The notes under the pieces were generated by a model. That model saw only the letters and a list, made by a program, of their open reading frames with translations, made no database searches and was not told the DNA's origin. This document shows, piece by piece, positions 50,921 through 64,000 of a stretch of 64,000 bases of DNA. The DNA comes from Adineta vaga. Its lineage: Eukaryota > Animalia > Rotifera. The position numbers and the translations under genes were made by a program. Numbering within the stretch: the first letter of the stretch is position 1; each line of letters begins with the position of its first letter. The DNA lies in contig CP075493.1 of NCBI GenBank assembly GCA_021613535.1, forward strand, positions 1,674,001 through 1,738,000. The letters are read 5' to 3'.

Positions 50921-51817
50921 ATGTCACGTAAGTGTTTCTCTATATGAACATGAAACTCATAGACTGAAAATCTTATTTTTAGTTTATCTACAACAATCCA
51001 TTCAAGTTTCTTGTCGAGGAATGATTAAATCAATAACAAATCTGACTCATGTAACTACTGTTGCTGATATAATTCATGCATTACTTGAGAATTTATCAGA
51101 AAATGATTATTATTCTATCAATGATTGTTGTTTATATCTTGAACAACAACCATATTTATATCCATTGAAAACAACCGATTTTATACATGAAATTTTATCT
51201 CGTTATTCATCGATGGATGTTCATTTTAAATTAGCATTTAAACGAAATTCATCACCATCACGTTTAGCTCAACGAAAACAACTTGTTCGTACATCAATAA
51301 TCGATCCATATGAACGTTTGAGAACTCAAGAATTATTGATTCAAAAACAACAAGAAATTATCAATCAATTAACAAAAACAAATGATGAGAATAGGTTTGT
51401 TTTCTCAAACATATTTGATTACAAACAATTTCTATCAATTTTAGAATATCTCCTTCGAACAGACAATCACGACAAGAGGAATATTATCAAGCTGTTAATA
51501 ATCATGAAGATACAACTCGTTCACTTTCACGTGTTCGATTTCGAATGACTAAAATCGATCGAGAATCTCATGTTTTATCACCCTCATCATCAATCATAGA
51601 AATCAAAAGTATTTTGAAAAAATCACCCATTCAACGAAGTTCAAGTGTAGATCGTGATATTGATCAATTGATAGCATTGAAACCAGATGAAGATAGTTTT
51701 TGTAAATTCAATGATGACGATAATCTTTCCGACAAAAGTGCAACAGATTCATGTCTAGGATCATTATCATCTGAAGATGGTGTTTATCATTGTCAACCAT
51801 TTGAAACACTTGTATAA
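50921..51817 (+). CDS. N-terminal Ras-association domain protein, RASSF9/10-like, 3 exons
   Basis: SIQVSCRGMIKSITNLTHVTTVADIIHALLE resembles the N-RASSF RA domain. It is followed by a short coiled coil and the C-terminus DSCLGSLSSED...ETLV, like the acidic Ser-rich tails of RASSF9/10. Confidence 0.7.
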
Positions 51818-53120
51818 TCGTATGTTTTCTTTTCCCTGTGATGTTTTTCTCAAACTGTGATTCTTGATAGTATATTGTTGATTTTTATGAATTAATACAA
51901 AAGATAGATGGAAAACTATTTCTTACGATATAGAAAATTTTATACAAGATAAGGATATCTTTAAGAGTTTAATACTTCGTGTTACTCTCAATGATGTTGC
52001 ATGGAAATATATCGAAAATGAAAACAATATTTTTCAGTTTACAATTATGATTAGTTAAACAATGAATCACCTTATCACATATGATAGGTAGATTGTTATA
52101 GATCAATGCTTTCTATTTATTCATAGCAATCATCAGTTCTTGCTGCTGCTGTTGTTCTTTTCGGATTGATTCCAGGTTTTCTTGAATTTCATAGTTATGC
52201 AAAAGCTTTGGAAGAAGAAGAAGAAGTGATGATGACTGAACCAGACACATCAGCTAGTTCAGAAGTTCGAGCACATTTGAATAGATAAGTCTCTTTAAAC
52301 GAGAAACATCGATTGTAAGTTGCGTAATAGATGATAGAAAGATTCTATCACAACGAAATTTGATTAACAGTGAATCGAACTATTCATATATGATTTAAAA
52401 CTTTACAATAAAATAACATTGATTTCTACAGTTCTCTATAAGAGTGACATATATCAAATAAACTGTTAAATACTCATTTCCTACGTGATATTTTAGAATT
52501 ACTTTGATGTCAATCACAAAACATATTCTTCTATATTGTCAGATTAGCAATCAGACTACTGAATTTAAAATCGTCAATCGACCAAAGTATTAACTATTTA
52601 TTTTGATAATTTATTCAAGATATCATGTAGACATTCCAAGCTATGTCCACAAATAATGAAGCGAGTGCATTCTTTGTTCCAAGAAATTATCCTGGGAATT
52701 TAGTCACTCATTAACAAACCTCGTCTGAGATAGTACAATGAGTTATTTGATTGTAAATTCCTTAGTGATTACTATATAATTATGATCAATAAATTTCGTA
52801 AATAAAACTGTTTAAATTTATCAATGTCTTCTTCAACAAAAATTTTGATATATTTGTATCCGTATACATGCTGTCAATAATATATATATATATAGAAAGA
52901 ATTCACAAAACGATCAATGACAAAACTTACATACAAAATGAAATACATCGCTTATATAATACTAATCCTCTAGATATTCCAAAAAAGTTCATATCGAAAT
53001 ACAAATTCATTGATGAAAAACAATAAATACATAACAAAACAAAATTGCGTAACGAAAAACACTTTTGATGAATGTATATATATATATTGACAAATGAATA
53101 AAATAAGGAATGTACAATGT

Positions 53121-53798
53121 TCAATCTAATGTATAAAAATACGGTGTTTTCATACGAAGATAACGACGTAAACATAAATACATTCTAAAGAAATATTTTT
53201 CCAAAAAATTTGAAATTTTATCTTTAATTCAACTTACATTCCCATGCCAAGGAGAAAACTCGCACAATTAGTTAAAAGAACATAACGCATATGTTTTTTT
53301 TCAATTAATTGTTTCTTTTCTTCTTCTTTTTTTTCTTCTTCTTCTTCTTCATCATGTCGATTGATGGGATGAAGAAATTTCCATTCTCTATAGAAATTCA
53401 ATGAAAAAGTACATAAAACATTTCGAAAGATTTACTTTGGTGGTTCAGCTTCAATACGTGATGACCAAAATGATACCCAATCAGCAGCCGTTTGAACTGG
53501 ACTCTTCGGTGTTTTTGGTGATGAACTAAAAATTTGATTTCATTTCGGTAAAATGGTGAAAATTTTCAATTATTTACCTATCACTACGGGAACTTTTTGA
53601 GCTCGTACGTGAGGATTCATTTTGAGCTTCTAATAATAAATTTTCATTGATATGCATACTCGATATATCATTAAAAGTTTCATTTGGTAATTCTGATTCA
53701 ATATTGATCCATGAATCTTAAAAATTCAAACTTATTAATCTTAAAATCGAAATAAATAATTATTTACCAATTGTTGAATGATCCTTTAATTGAGACAT
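53121..53798 (-). CDS. BNIP3: BNIP3/NIX-family mitophagy receptor, 5 exons
   Basis: Manual splice: MSQLKDHSTIDSWINIESE...ENLLLEAQNESSRTSSKSSRSDSSSPKTP...ADWVSFWSSRIEAEPPKEWKFLHP...YVLLTNCASFLLGMGIMYLCLRRYLRMKTPYFYTLD*. Matches the BNIP3 LIR, LLxAQxES, DWxxxWSSRP..PPKE and C-terminal TM. Absent from the ORF track. Confidence 0.88.
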
Positions 53799-54597
53799 TA
53801 GTGTTTTTTAATCTAATAAATAGAAAAATTCGAATAGAAGTTATGCGTTCAATAAGAATGTATCACGTGTGTTAGCAAGTTTAACATTGACATGACATAT
53901 GTACGCAGACATTGAATGTAACGCATTATCGAAGTGCATTGATGTGTTAAAGAAATGCATTCGAATGAAATATGTAGAAGAATAGAGAACGTTGCTTGAC
54001 AGAGTTTTGTGAATATGAAAAATCGTTTCTATTGACATACAAAAAGACAGAGTAACTGAATTTTAGTTGAAATAATTGATACATTTGGTTTTTTTTTATC
54101 AAGGTTAGTTTTGTTTGTAAAATTCCTAATGTCATTTAAGGAAAAATTGGACGTTGATATAAAATTGACGAAAACGTAAAAGAAGTTTTTATTTGAAACA
54201 ATATTAGTAGTTATTAGATTGAGAAAATTTCAAACCGGATGTTAATTTCTGTTAATAATAGATAAGGATAGAGTATGACGGGGGTATTTTCTTAGTGAAG
54301 AAAAGAAAGAAAAGGAAAAGAAAATAGTAGAATAAGATACTTTTTCTCGCATGAAAGAACGATTAAGATGAGTCGTGAGACATGAGAAATATTTTCTCTT
54401 CGTTTCAAAGGAAACTTATTCAGTTGAATAGAATCTCAAAATTGTAGTTGGTAAGTTAGTTTCTTTACTTTTACATTTATTCAAAACAAAATTTTTGTTT
54501 GTATTCAATTTACATATTTCATTTCATTCGAATATATCAATGTTTTCGGGATTGAAGGAAAAAAGAAACTCATTATAGATGCTTTCAGAGTAACAAA

Positions 54598-56322
54598 ATG
54601 GCAACAAATCTCTATGATGAATATCAGGATCAAAGTGTTAAGAATTATCTCCACAAAAGACATATTCATGAATTATTTGAAGTAAGATTTTCACGAGAAT
54701 TCATTCGTTCATCTGTATCTTTCGTTTATTCAAGGCGATGACGACTGCTTTGATGGTATATAAACCCGATGATCATATATCATTCTTACGGAAATGTTTA
54801 GATAAGGTTACTTGAATTTATCTATTTAGAATTTTGTATAAAAAGTTGTTTGTTTGAAAATTGTAGGTAGATAATACTCGAACGGCGATCACTTGGGATT
54901 TTTTTGTAACAAAATCTGTATTGAATCATGATCATCAGAAATCTTTACCTCCGGTTTATTCATCATCACATAATATTCCATCATTTGATCCACAAATATC
55001 GCATAAATCATCCGTTTTACCTCCGATTGAACATGTTAAAACACATTTACCAATTATTTTCATTCTCAGTAAGCTCCCCTTCTCCTCTTCATCAATAACA
55101 ATAAAAACCTTTAATAGGCTTAACAAATTCATTAAAATTATGTTCAAAATTACTTGAACGTTATCATGATGTTGAATATCTCTTAATTAACGATATGGCA
55201 AATATCGATAATAGTGAACCTACAGGTAAAAAGGACTTTCTACGTTTCGAGCAATCCTTTTAAACTTGAACTATATCTAGATCTACAACAACATGACTAT
55301 CGATATGATTGTATTCAACGTTCAATCGAACGACGTCGTAAACAAGCAAAAGGTTTTCTTATTATCGGTGAACTTGAAGAACAAAACTATCTGAAACAAT
55401 GGCAAGAAAAAGTAAGTTTGAATAAGATTATTGACATCTAAAAACGTTCATTTGTTAGCTTGATCGAATTGATTTAATTATCATCTTATCTGAAAAGACA
55501 GATCGAAAAGATTTCAATATTATTCATGTAAGTAAATCTTTTCTCTCAAACAAAAAAATCCTTCATTGTTTGTTTTTTTTCCAGATCGATCCTACGCATC
55601 ATTTCAATGATATTGTTTCATCTGCAATTCAATCGTTGGACAGATTCTTTCCTCAGGATGCATTTCTTAGTCATCGTTCGGAAACAATGTTAATTGAATC
55701 AGTTCATTTAAATCTACCTATTTTATTTTGTATCGATAATCATCGTTTGAGAACGCGAGAAAATCATAATGAACATATTTTATTTGATGAAGAATTCGAT
55801 ATGATTCATGAAGATACAGAAGAAGAAAACAATAATTCATTTATTTATACATTATGTCAACGTTTAAGTGAACAATTGAAATTTAAACATATTCATTATG
55901 GAGATTTTCATAAGAAATTATTAAATTTTGAAGAATTAAAAAGTGAAATTATTGAATCCATGAGTACATGTTCAGGGTTTATTATTGATCATTTTCCAAC
56001 TTCATTTCATGATTTACAAAACTTTCAATCAGAAGTAAAGCAATAATTGAAATGAATTCAATGATCAAAATTCTCTTCTAGATTGGACCATGTTCAATAT
56101 TGATTTATATTGGTGATCATCCTGAAGTAACTGATGACGATGAAGTGAATACAATAATTAAGACGTTTACGGAAAATAGAAAAGCTCTCTATGTAAGTTT
56201 ATTGAAAGATTTGTTTTTCTTTAACTATTCGTTTTGATTGATTTTCTTATCAGGTTGATTGTCGTAAAGAAGTTGATGAAATCTATGAAGATCTTAAAAG
56301 TGAAATTTTGAAACATATTTAA
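54598..56322 (+). CDS. Degenerate AK5-like protein: dimerization/docking domain plus two catalytically dead adenylate-kinase domains
   Basis: N-terminus VKNYLHKRHIHELFEAMTTALMVYKPDDHISFLRKCLDK..ITWDFFV parallels AK5. Both kinase domains keep the strand scaffolds (PIIFIL; AKGFLIIG; SGFIIDHFP; VDCRKEVDEIY) but lack the GxPGSGKGT P-loop and LID arginines. The reading frame is open across all exons. Confidence 0.8.
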
Positions 56323-56563
56323 CATTCTTTTTATGAATGGCAATAGATGATTTTTTGTTGTGACAGTTGTTTTCTCTTAACATACAAATCTATCATTCAT
56401 GTGCAATCTTTCTTATTGTGCCTTTTCATTCAATATTTTGTTGTAAAAGCTTTCTTTGCTTTTTTTCTATTGCAGATCAGATTACCGAAAAAGAAAAGAA
56501 AAGAAAAGAATATTAAATATTTGTATATTGTTTGATATTTTCAGATTAGGTTGATTATCAGTC

Positions 56564-59059
56564 ATGGCACAGCACGAAACAACGGCGACACCAAATCTAA
56601 CAAAAGATTATCTTTCCAAACGAAAAATTCCGGAATTATTCGAAGTAAATATTCGTCAAGAGAAATTCAATCATTTCTTTTCTTTTTCTTTTCAAGGCTT
56701 TAATGACCGGATTAATGGTGAACAAACCTGAGGATCATATTGGATTTCTTATAGATTCTCTTTCGCGAGTTTGTTTCTCCTTTTCTATACATTAAATATG
56801 AACTTTTATTCTCTTTTCAAGTGTAAAGGTACTAAACAAACATTAAAATGGGATACATTTGTTGGACATAAAGGCAGTATGCCTAATACATTAGCTCCAA
56901 TTCAAGCACCATCACCACCAACAACAACATCCAACGTTCCTCAATCAAAGTTGAACAATCAAACAAAACTTGATCCCATTCCCAGTGCGAAAAAAGATGA
57001 AAAACATACAACGGATATTCGACCATTGTCACCGAAACCTGATCAACAACATCCAGCTGCGCCAAAAACTGACCAACAACATTCAGCGGCGCCAAAACCT
57101 GATCAACAACATTCAGCTGCGCCAAAACCTGATCAACATTCTTCTGTGAAAACAGAGAATACTAAAAATAAAGATTTACTTAAAGACAAACCAATTATTT
57201 TTGTTGGCGGTGGACCAGGTAATGATTAACAATACGATTTTAAAACATAGAATTGATGATTTCTCTCGAATAGGTAGTGGTAAACGAACTCAATGTCGAA
57301 AATTGGTTGAAAAATATGGTTTTACGTTTTTATCAGCTGGTGATGTTATTCGTGCTGCTGCTCAAGATACATCAACAGAAAAGGGTCGTTATTTCAATGA
57401 AGCAATGTTAGAAGGGAAACTTATTTCAACGGTAATTCGATTTCAAAAGAAAAATAACTTTCGATTTGAATACAATTCATTATCTTTTCAGGAAGATATT
57501 CTGGAATTAATTCGAGATGCTATTTATGAAAAAGCAAAAAATGCAAAAGGATTTTTAATTGATGGATTTCCTCGTCGAATTGAACAAGGTACGTAAAATG
57601 AAAACAATTCAATCATGGTTTCTTTTTCATTTTTGAATTGATTCACTTTTAGGTATTCAATTCGAACGAGATGTTGCAGAATGTAATGCACTGATTTATT
57701 TGGATGTACCTGAAGATGTTATGGCTAAACGATTAGTCAAACGTGGTGAAACAAGTGGTCGAGATGATGATACCGAAGAGATTATTAGTAAACGTTTACA
57801 AACATTTCATATTGAAACAACACCTATTCTTGGTTATTATGGAAAACAAGGAAAATTAATAACGATCGATGCAAATCGTAATATTGAAGAAGTTTCAGAA
57901 GATTTATCTGAAGCATTCGAAGGTTTAATGGCTCAACAACAAGTAGGTAAATAATTCGAAATTGTATTTCTATACTTCTTTTACATCTCGAAATGAAAAG
58001 GATTTGTTTGGTTTGATTTCAATTTAATGAATATTTTAAATCAAAGGTATTTCTATATTTGTCATTTGTAGTTCATATTTCACATTATGTCTAAGAAAAA
58101 TGTTGAAATTTTCTATACGAATAGATTTTCATCGTACAATGTTTCTTTTTACTTTTCAGTTCTTCCGGATCGATCGTATTTGAAAAAATTGAAAAATAAG
58201 AAAATTATCTTTGTCGTCGGTGGACCAGGTGAGTTTTGTTGCATTGTTTAATTGCATAACTTTTTCTGTCTGTTGATAAATAGGATCAGGAAAAGGTACA
58301 CAATGTGAACGAATTGTTCAAAAATATGGTTATACACATTTAAGTACTGGGTATGATTAAAACTTTACTAAGAGGAGAAGAAGAAAAAGAAAAACGAGAA
58401 TATTTTCTCTATACGATGAATTTTAGTGATCTTCTTCGTGAAACTGTTCAATCGAAAAGTGAACGTGGTGAACAATTGAATGCTTTAATGAAAGAAGGAA
58501 AATTAGTTCCAATGGTATGTTGATTCAATTATTTCTCGATGAAGTTATTCTTGACGTTTGATTTTCTTCTAGGAAGTTGTGTTAGATTTACTAAAAGAAC
58601 AAATGCTTGAAAAAGCTGATCATTCTAAAGGCTTTCTTATTGATGGTTATCCACGTGAAGTTCCTCAAGCAAAGAAATTTGAAGAAATGGTTTGTTTTTC
58701 TTTTTGTTTCGTTCCGAAATAAGAATTTTTTTTCGTTCGATATAGATTGCTCCATGTGATCTTGTTTTGTACGTTCAAGCAAGTGATGAAACAATGACAA
58801 AACGATTATTACATCGTGGTCAAACATCCGGTCGTATTGATGATAATGAAGAGACAATTAAAAAACGTTTAAAAACATTCCATAATCAAACCATTCCAGT
58901 TTTAGATTTATATGAACGAAAAAATAAATTAGCCGAAGTAATTCGATTGAAATCATCAAATTCTTTTTGATTCAGTATAATTTTATTTAGGTTAATTCGG
59001 AATTAAAACCTGATGAAGTTTTTCAACAAGTTCAAGAAGCCCTTGATCATTTACAATGA
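56564..59059 (+). CDS. AK5: Adenylate kinase 5-like: dimerization/docking domain plus two AK domains, multi-exon
   Basis: [40 protein letters not shown]. Domain 1: [11 protein letters not shown]...GFLIDGFPR...[11 protein letters not shown]. Domain 2: [11 protein letters not shown]...HLSTGDLLR...GFLIDGYPR...[23 protein letters not shown] at 59057-59059. Confidence 0.92.
57035..57138 (+). repeat. 30-bp coding tandem repeat (~3.5 copies) in the AK5 linker
   Basis: Units of aaacctgatcaacaacat(c/t)cagc(t/g)gcgcca encode [10 protein letters not shown] / [10 protein letters not shown] / [10 protein letters not shown] / KPDQH. Confidence 0.95.
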
Positions 59060-59229
59060 AACAAAATCTCCAAATTTAATCTCATTTATTTTGACAATGT
59101 GAATTGATTGATTCGTCTTGTTTATACCTTTTATTTTTTTATTAATTTTCTTGTACTTGCTTTTTCTCAAATAAAATCTCATTAGTGACAATTAGGTATG
59201 ATGAGTGATGTCGGCGTTCAAGCAGAAAT

Positions 59230-59822
59230 TTATCTAAAGGGAAGGAAAAAGTCAAAGTGCATTTTTACTGCTACTGATATTCTATTCATCTTTTGAATAG
59301 AAATAAACCATGTTTGATAGCAGTTGAAATAGATCTTTATACGTGAATGATATTCCGGCGGGTTTGTAAACAACGAAATAAAAATAATAGTCACGATGTG
59401 ACAAACAACGATTAGATCACGTCGAAGTTGATTCTCGGTATTATCTGTAATTGCATAAGGTATAATGAATGCGGGTAGAGCCGATATAAAACAGTAGATC
59501 CACATTATTTGAACTCGAACTGATTGTCTTGGAAGACGAATTGGACAAACAGCAATGATACATCGCTTGTAAAACAAATGAATAAAGAATCAATGAAGTT
59601 CCAACATAACCTAAATAATCACGAAAAGTACAAAGTGAATCATGCCAAGCTCTTTATTATTCGTCATTTTCATAAGCGAACACACCAACACTCAATCTAA
59701 CTAGGTCATAGAGATGAGTTACTAATAAATAATACAGACATTGTTTGACATGTCTTATTCTATAGAACAATAGTTAAAAAGAGAATTGCAAGTCGAATTG
59801 ATATATCAGTGAAAATAAACCA
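59230..59822 (-). pseudogene. Pseudogenised paralog of the adjacent 7TM GPCR, in inverted orientation
   Basis: Minus strand reads LAILFLTIVL*NKTCQTMSVLFISNS...FAYENDE**RAWHDSLCTFRDY...SLILYSFVLQA [frameshift] IIAVCPIRL..QSVRVQI...NPPEYHSRI, colinear with ORF 60370-61284. Tandem stops at 59654-59659. Confidence 0.85.
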
Positions 59823-60369
59823 TCATATAAAATGTACGGTTACTAGTTTCACTATCTAGAACGTAAGAGATGATCAATGTTTCGATAAGAAAACCACGTT
59901 ACAAATGATTTTCATTCTTGATCTTATTTTTACATGCGTTCAGTTTTAATTGGTTTTCTGAAATTAGTTGCACCCACACCCTCAACTCGACTTTCACAAT
60001 ATTAGTATACAAATAAGATTTTATACAACAAGCTCAAACTTCGACTTCAGAAAATTCAAAAAGTAATTCACTAATTCTTTACTGCTAAAGTCATGATGAA
60101 AGAATCGTTGATATTATCGTCATTTAGGTCCATACCTTTGTTCTTCTATTATAATTCATGTAATTGTAAAAGATATAGAAATTCTTTTATAAAACGACAG
60201 TTTTTATAACCATCATCCACTTTCTATTCACAAGCCTGACCTTTTTTCAAAGAAAATGCTTAATTATTACACGCTTCTGCTATACGAGAACATAATTATA
60301 ATGGTATGTTTTTATATAAGCATCTTCTAGTTTGTTTTTTCTGTTCAGATCAGTTTTTTCACACTAATA

Positions 60370-61284
60370 ATGAGCTCCAACAATAATACGACTTTAGACT
60401 TCGAATTATGGTTTTTCATTCCAACAATTTCAGCGTTCGTATTATCGATTTTAACTATGCTTCTGGCGATGATCTTTTTGATTATTGTTATATTAAATAA
60501 ACCATGTCAAACAATATCATTAATGTTGATAAGTAACTCATGTCTTGTACTACTTATCAATAGTTGCAATCGTTTTAGTATGGCTTTGTTTACTTTTGAA
60601 AATGATAGAAAACAATTAGTATATAAAGATTCACTCTGTGTTTTTCGCGGTTATTTTACTCATACAACCACAAGCGTACTTCTTTATTCATTTGTATTAC
60701 AAGCAGCATATCGATATATTGTTATTGTTTATCCAACTCGTCTGCTATGGTCATCACTTCGTATTCAATTATTCCTCATATGTTTCTCTTGGGTATTATC
60801 GATACTACTCTATATTCCATGGTTAATTTTCGATTTTGTGATCTATGATGTACATAATCAATTATGTTTACTATATTTTCAACTCTCTCTACCTATTATT
60901 TATAATATGTTATGTATTTATTTAGTACCAGTGTTTATTATTGGATTGATTTATTTTAAACTTGTTCGATATATTCATCAAGCAAGTGCACGTGCAATAT
61001 TAGTTCAAACAACATTTCAAGCTCATCGTGAATTAATAATCGTCCGTCGTATCATTATTTTGCTTATCATTTTAATCATTCTCGGTATACCGTATACAAC
61101 ATTTCTTCTTATGTCTATTATAAGTGATCCACCAAAATATCATTATCGAATTTCAATTCTTTTTCTTGATATATCTGGTGCAGCGATTATGATTGCAATT
61201 TTTAAATTTTCTCAACCAGTTATTGATGTCATATTGAAATATAAGCGTCTGTTATCAAATACAGTCCAACCCATAAACGCATAG
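60370..61284 (+). CDS. Intronless divergent class-A-like 7TM GPCR
   Basis: 304 aa with seven hydrophobic segments and N-terminal NNT/NTT sequons. Cys at the top of TM3 (DSLCVFRGY) and in ECL2 (NQLC), QAAYRY at the DRY position, W in TM4, P in TM5 and TM6. Confidence 0.85.
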   Translation: MSSNNNTTLDFELWFFIPTISAFVLSILTMLLAMIFLIIVILNKPCQTISLMLISNSCLVLLINSCNRFSMALFTFENDRKQLVYKDSLCVFRGYFTHTTTSVLLYSFVLQAAYRYIVIVYPTRLLWSSLRIQLFLICFSWVLSILLYIPWLIFDFVIYDVHNQLCLLYFQLSLPIIYNMLCIYLVPVFIIGLIYFKLVRYIHQASARAILVQTTFQAHRELIIVRRIIILLIILIILGIPYTTFLLMSIISDPPKYHYRISILFLDISGAAIMIAIFKFSQPVIDVILKYKRLLSNTVQPINA

Positions 61285-61854
61285 ATACAATCAATGAAAG
61301 TTTGTGTTCTTCGTCAAATACTTCGAGTACCGTGGTTTTTGTTTTTCTGTTTACTCTGAGAAAACAATGATGTACAAAGACTTGCATTGAAAAACATTTC
61401 TCGTTGATAAATAAAAAGCAACAATGATATATTCTATGATCAATCATATATTATGCCGTTTTGTTTTGTTTTTTTCTTCAAGATCGTTTTGTTTCAAAGG
61501 ATCATTTTCTCACAAAACAGTTCACTTCCAAGTCAAAACAATAACGAGATAACAAAATGAAGAAGACGAACAAACAAGAAAATGATAGAACAAAACAAAA
61601 ATAGGAACTAGAAACTACGATACACCATTATCAATCTCTTCAAAACAAGTCCAACATGTTCGTTTATCTTGCTCATTCAATCGTGTAAAAGAAAAAAAAA
61701 CAAACAAACAAATAAGTATATAATCTCCAAATCATCTCTGTTGTTGAGATAACAATACACAAATACACAACATAAATAAGACTAAGAGAAGAAAAGAAAA
61801 GAAAAACGAATGTAGCGACAAATAAGTATTAAAAAGAAATTCTTTTTCTCTATC

Positions 61855-63502
<1,648 letters not shown>

Positions 63503-64000
63503 TGTTTTGTCTATAAGATTTCTACTTGATTCTAATGATGGTTGAAAAAGAAAAAGAAACTAAGAAAAGCAACTATCTATACCGTTTGCTCGCTTATTTT
63601 ATTCTATACAGATAGAACACAACGACACTAGTCGTCTTCCAATAAATACCAATGAAAGATTAACGCAACGTTGCAATCATATAGGAAACAGTGATGGCTA
63701 CTGACAACGTCACAATGCATGAATGTGTATGATAGATAATAGATGTCGCTCATTGTCAACTCCATATATTCTAACGTTCGTTATTGCAATACAATTTCTC
63801 AATCATTTTCAAATAATTATTTATTTTATTTCATAAAAAAAATTTGACTTTTACACAAAAAACTTTCGATTTCTTATTCATATTACGAACTACGATTATC
63901 TCGACTAAATCTTATACCCACACTATAAAAATAGAAAATATTGATTATTTATCCTTGGAATGAAAAAAAAAGAAGCAATGACGAATAAATATTCTAACAT

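Noticed and set aside
57035-57138. 30-bp direct repeats as a CRISPR-like array
   Set aside because: Contiguous in-frame coding repeats without spacers, in a eukaryotic exon.
58088-58160. Internal ATG (MSKKN) as an alternative start for a single-domain AK isoform
   Set aside because: No donor in the phase needed to join the next exon, and direct read-through is out of frame.

Overview
AT-rich, gene-dense eukaryotic (metazoan) genomic DNA with many short (~50-60 nt) GT-AG introns. The intron style, the F-box relic type, the divergent intronless 7TM family and a bacterial-type gene together suggest a bdelloid rotifer (inference). About 23 protein-coding genes can be reconstructed by hand. Conserved genes: SSR1/TRAP-alpha, PSMA6, a NIPA Mg2+ transporter, CPTP/GLTP-family, ARHGAP6-like, MCEE, PPM1G, UBE2Z, eIF4B, RASSF9/10-like, BNIP3-like (missed by the ORF track), AK5 and SEC61A. 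Also present are a novel LRR type-I membrane protein behind ~8.7 kb of non-coding DNA, a long coiled-coil gene with an apparent frameshift, an intronless 7TM GPCR with an inverted pseudogene copy, and several orphans. Most notable: (1) a tandem pair of an intact AK5 and an open-frame but catalytically dead AK5 paralog that keeps its dimerization/docking domain; (2) an intronless bacterial-type GIN/DUF2807 beta-helix gene (HGT candidate) in a small intron-poor island; (3) an Erf4/CHIC-like protein that seems to have swapped its Cys-rich anchor for an N-terminal MGC acylation motif; (4) the LRR receptor, with a symmetric Tyr/Asp-rich cassette exon and Ser-Gly sites. No rRNA, tRNA, CRISPR array or intact transposon was recognised. 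Family assignments are from motif recognition by eye, not from database searches.
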